From an uncultured Candidatus Actinomarina sp. (GTDB lineage: Bacteria; Actinomycetota; Acidimicrobiia; Actinomarinales; Actinomarinaceae), in assembly GCA_902576605.1 (NCBI GenBank), contig CACGVI010000001.1:111522-175521 (forward strand): a stretch of DNA of 64,000 nucleotides, written 5' to 3'. A model generated the notes under the pieces. The model was given only the letters and a program-made list of their open reading frames with translations, had not been told where the DNA came from and made no database searches. Both the position numbers and the translations under genes were made by a program. Within the stretch, counting starts at the first letter, position 1, and each line of letters starts with the position of its first letter. Positions 20,483 through 30,296 of this stretch are shown here, in pieces.

Positions 20483-21415
20483 ATGAAATTCATTATTGAT
20501 ACCGATCCAGGTACTGATGATGCCGTTGCAATATTGATTGCTTTAGCACACTTTAATGATGAGGAGCTCCTTGCAATAACAACTGTCGCCGGGAATGTAG
20601 GAGTTGATGTTGGAACAAGAAATGCTCTTAGAATTTTAGAACATACTAATAGAAACAATATCCCAGTTTACAGAGGAGAATCAAAGCCTTTAAATAGAAA
20701 TTTACTAACAGCAGAATGGGTTCATGGAACAGATGGATTAAATGGCGTTGGTTTTCCGGAGCCTTCAAAAAGTGAAGAATCTTTAGGGGCAGTGGATTAT
20801 ATTACAGAATTATTAAAAAGTAGTGAAGAAAAAATTACTATATGTGTTCTTGGCCCAATGACAAACATTGGAAAAGTTTTAAGCTCTAACCCTGAATTAT
20901 CTAAAAATATAGATCAAATTATTTTCATGGGAGGAGGAGCAGGTTTTGGAAATCATACACCTGTTGCAGAGTTTAATATTTTGGTTGACCCAGAAGCTGC
21001 AAAAGTTGTGCTGAATTCAGGTACAAAATTGGTAATGATGGGATTAGATGTTACACATCAAGCAATTTCTACAAAAGAAAGATTGAATAAAATTAATGAA
21101 ACAGGAACAAAAACTGGAGAATATCTCGTTGGACTTATGGGATCTTTAGCTGATTTAGAAATAGTTAAACAAAAGTTTCCAAATGGCACTCCTGTTCATG
21201 ATGCATTTGTAACAGCTTATTTAGTAGATAGTACTCTCACTACCGGAGAGATTACAAATGTTGAAGTTGAGGTTGATTCACAACTAACGCTTGGTCAAAC
21301 CGTAGTTGATATTAATAATATTTCTGGAAGAAATAAAAATGTTCATTGGATGAACAGAGTAGATGGTGAAAAATTGTTTAACATCATAACAAATACCTCA
21401 GAACTTCTCCCATAA
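20483..21415 (+). CDS. nucleoside hydrolase (inosine/uridine-preferring family)
   Basis: N-terminal DTDPGTDDAVAIL calcium/ribose-binding motif. Confidence 0.9.
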   Translation: MKFIIDTDPGTDDAVAILIALAHFNDEELLAITTVAGNVGVDVGTRNALRILEHTNRNNIPVYRGESKPLNRNLLTAEWVHGTDGLNGVGFPEPSKSEESLGAVDYITELLKSSEEKITICVLGPMTNIGKVLSSNPELSKNIDQIIFMGGGAGFGNHTPVAEFNILVDPEAAKVVLNSGTKLVMMGLDVTHQAISTKERLNKINETGTKTGEYLVGLMGSLADLEIVKQKFPNGTPVHDAFVTAYLVDSTLTTGEITNVEVEVDSQLTLGQTVVDINNISGRNKNVHWMNRVDGEKLFNIITNTSELLP

Positions 21416-21478
21416 AATAATATATAAATTTTTATTCAATATGACACCTTAAATTATTTGAGAGAATTGATATCTTAC

Positions 21479-22294
21479 TTATCCACGTCCATAAAATGTT
21501 ATTTCCTGAATAGCACATTCTGGAAATGGTTCTGCACCATTAACTTCTTCTCCAGGATACGCACTTAAAATTTGTATAGAGATAACTGATGATGATGTAT
21601 TTAGATCAATCCACTGTGAGCTAGTATTTTGGTTTTCAAGCTCAAATTCAATTGAGAAACCATCTTCTTCTGATGTTATTAATATATCCCTTGGTTTAAA
21701 ATTTCTTTTAAAAGATTTTGAATCTTCTATGTTTTCATAGGTCAAAAATTGAAAATAAATATCTTTTGAGAAAGTAAATTCTAATGTTGCATTTTCACAT
21801 TCTCCTCCATTATCTTGCCAGGAAGACGGCTCATCATCATAAATATTTTCACAGGACCATCCATCTCCGAGACTACTAGATGCGGAACAGCTAAATGGGG
21901 TTTGAAGTTTAAGTAAGCTTTGAATTGTGGTTGAAGTACTTGATGTAGTTGACTGTTCTACAACTTGAATTTCTTCAATTACTTCTTCTGCAATATTTTG
22001 ATTGTAATAATAACTAGCTGCAGCAATTAACGGAATAATTATTGCTAAAAAAAAGACAGCCCTGATACCAGGAACTTCATTTCTCGTTGGTAGGGAAGTT
22101 GCTCCATAATTTGATAGAGGTTGTGACAAAAGTTCTTCAGGGGGTCTTACTCTTCTGGTAATTTCAGGTTCACTTTTAGCATCTGAATTTTCAATATCTT
22201 TTATGCTTAATCCAAGCCACTCTCCACAACTTGAACAAAACTCAATCGACTTGTCTACTGAAGCTGAGCAAGCCTTACATTCTACTTTTTCCAT
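21479..22294 (-). CDS. zinc-ribbon membrane protein with Cys-containing beta-rich C-terminal (glycan-binding/discoidin-like?) domain
   Basis: CKAC...CSSC zinc ribbon, one TM (FFLAIIIPLIAAASYYY), and an exported domain with 5 Cys and SSWQDN. It is divergent from disA, as is the Rv3587c position in mycobacteria. Confidence 0.55.
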   Translation of the reverse strand: MEKVECKACSASVDKSIEFCSSCGEWLGLSIKDIENSDAKSEPEITRRVRPPEELLSQPLSNYGATSLPTRNEVPGIRAVFFLAIIIPLIAAASYYYNQNIAEEVIEEIQVVEQSTTSSTSTTIQSLLKLQTPFSCSASSSLGDGWSCENIYDDEPSSWQDNGGECENATLEFTFSKDIYFQFLTYENIEDSKSFKRNFKPRDILITSEEDGFSIEFELENQNTSSQWIDLNTSSSVISIQILSAYPGEEVNGAEPFPECAIQEITFYGRG

Positions 22295-22374
22295 TTAATT
22301 AGCCTATTATCCCTATTTATAAAATAATACAGTAACATTCAAATAACAATATTGTTCAAATAATAAAGAGGAAT

Positions 22375-23433
22375 ATGAACTTAAACAATAGTACAAGCGG
22401 AAGTCAATTATTACCTGGTCAACCACTAAGGGTTGGTGTTGATTTAATCGCTGACAAAAATGGTGGAGCATTAATTGTTATAGGTTCAACAACAAAATTA
22501 GAAAAAATTTCTACAGGTGGCCTTACTTTAAATGACTGTCAATTTACACCAGAGATGCTCTCAGAATTATCAAAAATGGATGGTGCTATTATAGTGAATG
22601 AGAGTGTTACAAAAATTTTAAAAGCTAATGTTCACCTAAACCCAAGTGACTCAATTTCTACCACACAAACTGGAACAAGGCATAGAACTGCAGAACGAAC
22701 AGCAGCTACCACTGGCTTGACAGTCATAGCCGTATCTGAAGAAACCTCCTTGATTAAAGTATTTGAAAATCTTGAGACAATAGAATTAGAAGAATCATCA
22801 GCAATATTAGGGAGAGTTAATGAATCTTTGCAATCAGTTGATAGGATGAGAAGAAGGTTTGATGATGCTGTAACAAATTTAGGAGAGCTTGAGATTGATA
22901 ACACATTAACAAATCAAGAAGTTTTAGAAGTCATCCAAAGAGGAGAACTTCTTACTCGATTAGCTAATCAAGTCAAAACTGAAGCTCTTAAGCTTGGTGA
23001 GGATGCAGGATTGATTATGATCCAAATAGATTCTTTAGAATCAGGTGTTATGAATACATTAAATTTGGTTTTGAAAGACCATCTTCCAGTTAGGAAATTT
23101 AGAACAACTACTAAAGCTATAAATGAAATAAGCATATTGTCATATGATGAATTGAATGCAATAGATTTTCTTGGCAGTGTTTTGTTTAAGCTTCCTCTTG
23201 ATGATATTTCAGTATCGAAAGGATACAGAGTTCTTGCAAGATTACCCGGATTACCTGAAAATCTTCATGATCAAATAATTCATAAATTTAAAACCTTACC
23301 AAAATTACTTACTGCTTCACCAGAAAAATTATTTGAAGTTGAAGGTATTGGAAGAAGCAGGGCTCAACAACTAAGAGATTATTTCGATACATTACTTAAA
23401 AATATAGGTTTTTCCTATATAAATGGACATTAA
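22375..23433 (+). CDS. disA: DNA integrity scanning protein DisA (diadenylate cyclase)
   Basis: DAC-domain motifs MDGAIIV and GTRHRTAER, plus a C-terminal HhH (VEGIGRSRAQQL). Confidence 0.9.
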   Translation: MNLNNSTSGSQLLPGQPLRVGVDLIADKNGGALIVIGSTTKLEKISTGGLTLNDCQFTPEMLSELSKMDGAIIVNESVTKILKANVHLNPSDSISTTQTGTRHRTAERTAATTGLTVIAVSEETSLIKVFENLETIELEESSAILGRVNESLQSVDRMRRRFDDAVTNLGELEIDNTLTNQEVLEVIQRGELLTRLANQVKTEALKLGEDAGLIMIQIDSLESGVMNTLNLVLKDHLPVRKFRTTTKAINEISILSYDELNAIDFLGSVLFKLPLDDISVSKGYRVLARLPGLPENLHDQIIHKFKTLPKLLTASPEKLFEVEGIGRSRAQQLRDYFDTLLKNIGFSYINGH

Positions 23434-23465
23434 ATAGTTCTGAATCTATAGTATTGTTTACATCT

Positions 23466-24023
23466 ATGGCAACAAAAACAAAAAAAACCACCGATAAATA
23501 TAAACCAAACCAATTTGTAGTTCATCCCCACCATGGTGCTGCAAAGGTTGTTAGAAAAGTTAATAAAAATGTTGAAATTTTTGATGAAAATGGTGAAGTA
23601 AAAACAAAACGAAGACAGTATTTTGAGATTGAAGTCCTTACAGATGGCCTGCTTGTAATGGTGCCAGTGGAAAATGTAGACGAAGTTATAAGGCCTGTTA
23701 TTTCAAAAAATGCGGTTTCACGAAAAGTGTATCCTATTTTTAAAGAAAAACCAGAAGAAGCTGGAACTAATTGGAGCAGATGGTATAAAGTTTTGACAGA
23801 AAAGATGACATCTGGAGATGTCATACAAGTTGCAGAAGTTGTTAGAGACCTTACACATGCACAAATTAATAAAGGTATTTCCCCCGCACTTAAAAGAATG
23901 CTTGCAAAAGCAAGAACAACTTTAGCTAGTGAAATAGCATGTGCCTTAAGTATTGATGAAGAAGCAGCTGTAGAAAAAATTAACCAATATCTTCCTGAGG
24001 AAGACCCCGACGACGGTTTATAA
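23466..24023 (+). CDS. carD: RNA polymerase-binding transcription factor CarD
   Basis: FVVHPHHGAAKVV Tudor-like N-domain. Start could be the ATG at 23466 or the TTG at 23454. Confidence 0.85.
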   Translation: MATKTKKTTDKYKPNQFVVHPHHGAAKVVRKVNKNVEIFDENGEVKTKRRQYFEIEVLTDGLLVMVPVENVDEVIRPVISKNAVSRKVYPIFKEKPEEAGTNWSRWYKVLTEKMTSGDVIQVAEVVRDLTHAQINKGISPALKRMLAKARTTLASEIACALSIDEEAAVEKINQYLPEEDPDDGL

Positions 24024-24049
24024 TTTATATATAAATCAAAAGAGGCACA

Positions 24050-24520
24050 ATGCTTGTAGGCAACGGGTTTGATATACACAAACATTCAAATGATGAGAAA
24101 TTAGTCCTCGGAGGTATAACGGTCGAAGGGCCTGGTTTTGAAGCTCATTCAGATGGAGATATAATTCTACATTCACTCAGTGATGCTTTACTTGGATCTA
24201 AAGCGAAAAAAGATCTAGGTTTTTATTTTCCATCTAACGAAAGTACGCCGAAAAATATATCGAGTGTGGAAATGTTAAATAAAGTTTTAGAAATTATTGA
24301 GTATGACAAAGTAGTTATAAACAATATTGACATAACTATTCTTTCACAAGCTATAAACATTTCAAATATATCTGAGTCTATAATCTCAAACCTTGCTGAT
24401 TTATTAAGAATTGACAAACAATTAATAAATGTAAAGGGTAAGTCTTTTGATAACCTAGGTGTGATTGGAGATGGCATAGCATCAGCTTGTATTGCATTAG
24501 TTTCGGTGAAAGATGCTTAA
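24050..24520 (+). CDS. ispF: 2-C-methyl-D-erythritol 2,4-cyclodiphosphate synthase
   Basis: GNGFDIH and HSDGDIILHSLSDALLG zinc/substrate motifs. Confidence 0.92.
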   Translation: MLVGNGFDIHKHSNDEKLVLGGITVEGPGFEAHSDGDIILHSLSDALLGSKAKKDLGFYFPSNESTPKNISSVEMLNKVLEIIEYDKVVINNIDITILSQAINISNISESIISNLADLLRIDKQLINVKGKSFDNLGVIGDGIASACIALVSVKDA

Positions 24521-25910
24521 GCTACATAATACGTACTCCAACACTGTTGAGGAGTTTAAACCAAATTCAGATAATGTAAAAATTTATCTTTGTGGTCCAA
24601 CAGTACAATCTTCACCACACATTGGCCATGGACGATCTGCTGTAGTTTTTGACTTTTTAATTAGATATCTGGCTTTCCTGGACTATGAAGTTAATTTTGT
24701 TAGAAATATAACTGATATTGAAGACAAAATAATTGAAAGGGCAGCAGAGGAAGGAATCACTACCAATGAATTAGCTGATCGAGTAACGAAAGAATTTCAA
24801 GATGCCTATTCAAGCCTAAATTGCTTACAACCAGATAGAGAGCCTAAAGCTACTGAAACTATAGATCATATAATAAATTTTATTGAGGTCCTAATTGAAA
24901 ATGGATATGCATATGCAACACAATCAGGTGTTTATTTTGAAGTTACTAAATTTAAAGATTATTTGAAATTATCGGGTAGAAATAAAGAAGAAGTCATTTC
25001 TGGGACAAGAGTTGACCTTGAGTCTGATAAGAAAAATACTGAAGATTTTGCACTATGGAAGATTTCAAAGGAAAACGAACCTAAGTGGAATTCACCTTGG
25101 GGGGATGGGAGACCTGGGTGGCACATTGAATGCTCTGCCATGATAGATAAAATATTCGATTCAGGCATCGACATTCACTGTGGAGGTAATGATTTAATTT
25201 TCCCTCACCATGAAAATGAACTTGCACAATCTTCTGCTGCATTTGAAAATCAAGTATTTGTAAAATACTGGTTACATAATGGCATGATTAACCTTTCAGG
25301 ACAGAAAATGTCTAAATCTGAAGGCAATATAAAACTCCTAAATGAATATATAGATAAGTTTGGTGGAAACGTTATTAGATTTTTCTTTTTAAGATCACAC
25401 TATCGAAAGCCACAGGAGTTTTCCGAAGACTTATTAGAAGAGTCAAAAACAACTTTTAAAAGAATACAGGATTTCACAAGCAGTGTTGAGGCTAATGTTT
25501 CAGATTTATCAATTATTGAAATATTCAAAAATTCTATGAACGATGATTTAAATACACCAAAGTTTTTAGGAGAAATCTTCGAAAAAATAAACAATCTCAG
25601 CAATTTCAGTAAAGATGAAGAGAAAAATTTAAAAGAAACTATCAAATTCATATTTGAAATCTTAGGTTTTAACTTTGATATCAAAGATAGTGTAAAAATA
25701 AATCACGATGAACTTTCAAAATTTTTTAATACATTTCAAATAAATTATGACAATTTAGAACAAGCAATGGAAGAATTTCTTGCAAAAAGAGAAAAACTTA
25801 GAAGCAATAAGGATTTTAATCAAGCCGACGTTATGAGAGATAAATTAAAGGAAATTGGCTTGTTTATTAAGGATGGTGATGATAGTGCCTGGTATTGGGA
25901 AAATAGTTGA
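24513..25910 (+). CDS. cysS: cysteine--tRNA ligase
   Basis: HIGH variant (PHIGHGRS), KMSKS, and WHIECSAM zinc site. Confidence 0.95.
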   Translation: MLKLHNTYSNTVEEFKPNSDNVKIYLCGPTVQSSPHIGHGRSAVVFDFLIRYLAFLDYEVNFVRNITDIEDKIIERAAEEGITTNELADRVTKEFQDAYSSLNCLQPDREPKATETIDHIINFIEVLIENGYAYATQSGVYFEVTKFKDYLKLSGRNKEEVISGTRVDLESDKKNTEDFALWKISKENEPKWNSPWGDGRPGWHIECSAMIDKIFDSGIDIHCGGNDLIFPHHENELAQSSAAFENQVFVKYWLHNGMINLSGQKMSKSEGNIKLLNEYIDKFGGNVIRFFFLRSHYRKPQEFSEDLLEESKTTFKRIQDFTSSVEANVSDLSIIEIFKNSMNDDLNTPKFLGEIFEKINNLSNFSKDEEKNLKETIKFIFEILGFNFDIKDSVKINHDELSKFFNTFQINYDNLEQAMEEFLAKREKLRSNKDFNQADVMRDKLKEIGLFIKDGDDSAWYWENS

Positions 25911-26607
25911 AGGAATTAATTCAGTAAACAGTGCTATTGATTCTGAACGAGCAGAAAAAGTTATCTTCTTAGAGTCTGATAAAACTACATCCCATCGTTT
26001 AGATCTGTTAATTGAGAAAGCAAAAAATAAAGGATTAATAGTTGAAAAAATTAGTAACAAAGATAGTTGGACATATAACAATAGGCATTCGGTTGTTGCG
26101 CTTTGTACTCCCAAAAAGACCTATGATGAGAAAACTTTTGATCAGTTAACACTAAGCAACATTGTTGTACTAGACCATATTCAAGATACAAATAATTTAG
26201 GTGCTATAAGCAGAACTTCATCAGCATTTGACTTTAACATAGTTTGTATTCCAAAAAAAAGGTCAGTAAATATTTCAGAGAGAACTTTTGCAATTTCTTC
26301 AGGTGGTCTTGAAAATGTAAATATTGTTTTTTATAATTCTATCTTTTCTCTTATCAAGAAATTAAAATCACTTGAGTATTGGACTGTTGGCTTGGAAATG
26401 AATACTAAAGAGGATTTATTGAATGTTGACTTGAATAATCAAAAAGTTGCCCTATTTATTGGTTCGGAAGAAAATGGATTAAGTAAGGAGATACAAAACA
26501 AATTAGATTTAATTGTAAAAATAAACATGAACAACACTGTCGAATCTCTAAATGCCTCTGTTGCTGCAGCGATTGCAATGAACCATTTTTTTAAAAAAAG
26601 TAGTTGA
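25879..26607 (+). CDS. rlmB: TrmH/SpoU-family 23S rRNA 2'-O-ribose methyltransferase (RlmB-like)
   Basis: SpoU motifs (LDHIQDTNNLGAISRT; ALFIGSEENGLS; ESLNASVAAAIA) and position after cysS. Start is ambiguous (TTG 25855, ATG 25873 or 25879, GTG 25885) and overlaps the cysS 3' end. Confidence 0.82.
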   Translation: MIVPGIGKIVEGINSVNSAIDSERAEKVIFLESDKTTSHRLDLLIEKAKNKGLIVEKISNKDSWTYNNRHSVVALCTPKKTYDEKTFDQLTLSNIVVLDHIQDTNNLGAISRTSSAFDFNIVCIPKKRSVNISERTFAISSGGLENVNIVFYNSIFSLIKKLKSLEYWTVGLEMNTKEDLLNVDLNNQKVALFIGSEENGLSKEIQNKLDLIVKINMNNTVESLNASVAAAIAMNHFFKKSS

Positions 26608-26640
26608 TTCAATACTGATTTTGCTATTATTTTACTGTTT

Positions 26641-26713
26641 GCCGGAGTAGCTCAGTGGCCAGAGCAGCCGACTTGTAATCGGCAGGTCAGGGGTTCGACT
26701 CCCCTCTCCGGCT
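26641..26713 (+). tRNA. tRNA-Thr (anticodon TGT)
   Basis: Hand-folded cloverleaf: acceptor GCCGGAG/CTCCGGC, D arm GCTC/GAGC, anticodon stem GCCGA/TCGGC with loop CTTGTAA, T arm AGGGG-TTCGACT-CCCCT. CCA is not encoded. Confidence 0.93.
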
Positions 26714-26717
26714 CTCA

Positions 26718-27566
26718 GTGATTAAGTATGTAAATTCTTTTAAAATTTTACTATTTTCAATAGTAGCCGTTCAAATTGCCCTGTATTTTTTTGGATATCT
26801 GAGACCTTCTATTATTTATGACTATATTGATTTTTTCCCTTTTACTATTATTCCTGCCGTTATTTATTTTTATTTAAACATCAAAAGAATTACCAATAAG
26901 ATTTATTTTTATCTATCCATATATCTTTCAGCAGTTTTAATATTGTTTCCAATCTCTCATATTTTTGATGCAAGATTTCTAACAACTTATAGTTTCCCTT
27001 CATATCTGGAAAATAGGGAACTCAATAAAGATTCAGAATATGTACTTGTTATTGATACAAGTGGAAGTATAAATTTAAATACTTTTGATGAAACAGGTTA
27101 TACTGCTGACGTTATTGATAAACCTGGAAGTATAGGTTATCCAGAAGCAGTTGAAACTTTAGTTGGGGAACCTAAAGCTGTTTTATTTCGAGAAATGCAA
27201 ACATCAAGTCTTTTAAAAGTTGCAGGGTGGAATGTCAATATTGGAAATAAAAACATTTGGAAATTAAATTTATTATCTTTTGATTCTTACTTGCATTTAG
27301 ATGATATCAAATTGAAAGAATCAAAAATTGCCGGTACTGGAACAATATATCTTGGTAAAGATTTAAACCTTGAAGAACTAAAAGTTAATGGAAATTTTGA
27401 TATAGAAGTTTCAAGTACCTTATCTATTGTTGTAGTGGGTAATGTAGATGTACCACCTACATGGATTAATGCTACAATAGGTTACTTGAATCAACCTGAA
27501 AAGGTATATAAATTAAAAGTTGTTGTAGAGGAAGGGTCTGAGGTCAGATTTATAGATGAAGATTAG
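26718..27566 (+). CDS. hypothetical membrane protein with beta-rich C-terminal domain
   Basis: 3-4 N-terminal TM helices, then a repetitive beta-strand-like region (GNFDIEVSSTLSIVVVGNVDV). GTG start 4 nt after the tRNA. Confidence 0.45.
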   Translation: MIKYVNSFKILLFSIVAVQIALYFFGYLRPSIIYDYIDFFPFTIIPAVIYFYLNIKRITNKIYFYLSIYLSAVLILFPISHIFDARFLTTYSFPSYLENRELNKDSEYVLVIDTSGSINLNTFDETGYTADVIDKPGSIGYPEAVETLVGEPKAVLFREMQTSSLLKVAGWNVNIGNKNIWKLNLLSFDSYLHLDDIKLKESKIAGTGTIYLGKDLNLEELKVNGNFDIEVSSTLSIVVVGNVDVPPTWINATIGYLNQPEKVYKLKVVVEEGSEVRFIDED

Positions 27567-27575
27567 GAACAAATT

Positions 27576-28493
27576 TTGTTAGAACAGCTTGGGAACGGTT
27601 TATTGCTGGGCGTCATTATTGCTTTGGGATCAGTTGCGCTTTCATTGTTATATGGTGTAACCCGTATAGTAAATTTTGCTCATGGTGAAATAATTGCTTT
27701 TGGAGCAATAGTGGCTCTTTTCTTTTCATCCTCTCCAGATTCTACTTTATTATACCTAGACAGATTTTCACCATTGGGAATAAATTTTTCGACCTCGGTT
27801 ATTTTAAGCATTTTATTATCCGGTGTTTTTGGTGGTCTACTAGAGCTTTGTCTTTTCAAGCCTCTAAGAAAAAATAATTTTGGTAATATAGCAGTTTTGG
27901 TTGTAACAATTGGATTATCGATTTTTTTAAGACATGTATATTTATTATTTGCATCTGCAAAGCCAACATCATACATATTAGAACTTCAAAGGAGAGAAGA
28001 TTATTTCGGAGTTCAGTTAACACCAAGAAATGTTCAGGTTTTAATAATTGGTTTTGCAGTTATGGTTTTTGTCGGTATTTTTCTTACTTACACAAGAACT
28101 GGCAAAGCTATGAGGGCAGTTAGAGACTCATCAGACTTGGCAAGTATTTCTGGAATTAATTCTGATTATATAATTTTAGTAACTTGGGTTTTCTCAAGCA
28201 TGCTTGCAGGTTTCACTGGAATAATACAGGGTGTCATCAATAATGTAAGATGGAATATGGGTTTTTTAATCCTGTTATTAATTTTTGCTGGTACGGTTTT
28301 AGGGGGAATAGGCACTTCTTTCGGAGCAATGTTTGGTGGCTTCATAATTGGAATACTTGTTCAATTAAGTGTTGGTTTGGAGTTCATGGATGGGCACACA
28401 GAGGCTAAAAATGCCATAGCCTTAGCTTTGATGATTATTATTTTGCTGGTGCGTCCGCAAGGAATTTTTGGTAGCAAGGATCGAATCTCGTGA
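27576..28493 (+). CDS. livH: branched-chain amino acid ABC transporter permease (LivH family)
   Basis: Multi-TM protein with the VNFAHGE motif, in the order permease-permease-ATPase-ATPase. Confidence 0.85.
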   Translation: MLEQLGNGLLLGVIIALGSVALSLLYGVTRIVNFAHGEIIAFGAIVALFFSSSPDSTLLYLDRFSPLGINFSTSVILSILLSGVFGGLLELCLFKPLRKNNFGNIAVLVVTIGLSIFLRHVYLLFASAKPTSYILELQRREDYFGVQLTPRNVQVLIIGFAVMVFVGIFLTYTRTGKAMRAVRDSSDLASISGINSDYIILVTWVFSSMLAGFTGIIQGVINNVRWNMGFLILLLIFAGTVLGGIGTSFGAMFGGFIIGILVQLSVGLEFMDGHTEAKNAIALALMIIILLVRPQGIFGSKDRIS

Positions 28494-29536
28494 AAAAATA
28501 TATTATTGCTTTTTTTCTTCTAGTTATTTCATTTTTATATATTTTCCTATCAAACGAAACAGGTGGAGCAAGAGTATTTGTTAATTTGATGACTTTTGCT
28601 GGAATATATGGACTTGCAGCAATAGGAATCAATGTGCATTTTGGATGGACCGGACTGCTTAATTTTGGTCATGCAGCTTTTATGGGAATAGGTGCTTACA
28701 CAACTGTTCTTTTAATTCCTCACTCACTTGGTAGAGAAGGAGTAGTAATTAGCTCAGGACTACCACTTCCTTTAGCAATTTTAATTGGCATTTTAGCGGC
28801 TGCTCTTCTTGGGCTTTTTCTTGGGTTACCAACTTTAAGACTCAGAGGCGATTATTTAGCAATAGTCACTATTGCTGCGGCAGAAATTTTCAGGTTATTA
28901 GTTCGTGACTTTGAAGATTTAACTGGAGGAGTTTATGGAATAATTCAATTTTCTGATTCATTACAAAACTCAAGACCAGATTTTATAACACGTTTTGGTG
29001 AAAGTTACGATATTTCTCCATCTCAATTTTGGGTTGGACTTTTAACTTGGATTTCAATTATTGTAGTATTGCTAATTTTATCAAGACTTAAGAAATCTCC
29101 ATGGGGAAGAGCTCTAAGGGCGGTCAGAGAAGATGAGGACGCAGTTCGAGCACTTGGCAAAAATGCTGTATTACTCAAGCTTCAAAGCTTTATGTTAGGT
29201 GCAGCTATAGGAGGCCTTTCTGGAATATTTTTAGTATTCAATTATGGCACTGTTCAAGCATCTACTTTTGTTCCAGTTTTAACATTTTATGTTTGGGCAG
29301 CCCTAATACTTGGAGGTGTCGGTAGTCTGGCTGGACCTGCTTTAGGTGCGGTAATATTTTGGGTGATAATTGCTGGTACAGATTCAATTTCTAGATTCTT
29401 ATTTGAAAGTCCTGATGGACAGCAATTAGCTGGTGTCAGATTTGTAATTGTTGGTCTTTTAATTATGTTTTTTATGATTTTTAGGCCTAGTGGGATTCTT
29501 GGAAAAAAAGAGGAGCTTCTATTAGATGTCAAATAA
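28490..29536 (+). CDS. livM: branched-chain amino acid ABC transporter permease (LivM family)
   Basis: GLLNFGHAAFMGIGAYT and LRLRGDYLAIVT motifs. GTGA overlap with livH. Confidence 0.85.
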   Translation: MKKYIIAFFLLVISFLYIFLSNETGGARVFVNLMTFAGIYGLAAIGINVHFGWTGLLNFGHAAFMGIGAYTTVLLIPHSLGREGVVISSGLPLPLAILIGILAAALLGLFLGLPTLRLRGDYLAIVTIAAAEIFRLLVRDFEDLTGGVYGIIQFSDSLQNSRPDFITRFGESYDISPSQFWVGLLTWISIIVVLLILSRLKKSPWGRALRAVREDEDAVRALGKNAVLLKLQSFMLGAAIGGLSGIFLVFNYGTVQASTFVPVLTFYVWAALILGGVGSLAGPALGAVIFWVIIAGTDSISRFLFESPDGQQLAGVRFVIVGLLIMFFMIFRPSGILGKKEELLLDVK

Positions 29537-30296
29537 TTTACTATCAATTAGATCTCTTAAAAAAAGGTTTGGTGGCCTTCAAGCAGTTAATGTTGATAAA
29601 TTTGATTTCAATGAAAATCAAATTACAAGCCTCATAGGCCCTAATGGTGCTGGAAAAACTACTTTTTTTGATTTAATAACAAGATTTCAAAATGCTGATT
29701 CAGGAAGTATAAATTTTGACGGAAAAAATGTAACAAGGCTAAATTCGTATAAATTAGCAAGATTAGGAATGGTGAGAACTTTTCAACTTACTCGAGTTTT
29801 TGATCGTATGTCCGTATATGAAAATATGCAGTTTGCAGGTAGTTCCATAACTAATGAAGGTTTTTTGAATTCACTAATCCAATCAAGCTCACTTAAAAAC
29901 CATGAAAAATTACTAATTGAAAAAATAAATGAAACTCTCGAATTACTTAACTTGTCTGATATGAAAAACTCTTACGCAAGAGAACTTTCTGGTGGCCAAA
30001 AAAAATTATTGGAACTTGGAAGGTCCTTAATGAAAAGCCCCAAAATATTACTTCTTGATGAACCTTTAGCAGGTGTTAATCCAAAATTATCAGAACAGTT
30101 GTTACAAATAATTTTCGACTTAAACAAAAAAGGAATAAATATTTTAATGGTCGAACACAATATTGATGCAGTTATGAAAATATCAGAAAGAGTTGTTGTC
30201 ATGGCTGAAGGAAAAATAATTTCTGATGGAAAGCCAGATTTTGTGAGATCTGATAAAAATGTTATTGAGGCATATTTAGGAAGTAGTAATGAATAA
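29526..30296 (+). CDS. livG: branched-chain amino acid ABC transporter ATP-binding protein (LivG family)
   Basis: Walker A GPNGAGKTT, signature LSGGQKKLLELGR, Walker B LLLDEP. Confidence 0.88.
   Translation: MSNNLLSIRSLKKRFGGLQAVNVDKFDFNENQITSLIGPNGAGKTTFFDLITRFQNADSGSINFDGKNVTRLNSYKLARLGMVRTFQLTRVFDRMSVYENMQFAGSSITNEGFLNSLIQSSSLKNHEKLLIEKINETLELLNLSDMKNSYARELSGGQKKLLELGRSLMKSPKILLLDEPLAGVNPKLSEQLLQIIFDLNKKGINILMVEHNIDAVMKISERVVVMAEGKIISDGKPDFVRSDKNVIEAYLGSSNE

Noticed and set aside
23522-24085. 187-aa minus-strand ORF covering carD
   Set aside because: It is antisense to a gene with clear CarD motifs. Its product is Ser/Thr/Phe-rich low complexity, typical of shadow ORFs.
26608-27566. tRNA-Thr as an integration hotspot for a genomic island
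   Set aside because: There is no integrase and no direct repeat of the tRNA 3' end downstream. The flanking genes are a housekeeping transporter operon, and the tRNA position after rlmB is ancestral in Actinobacteria.
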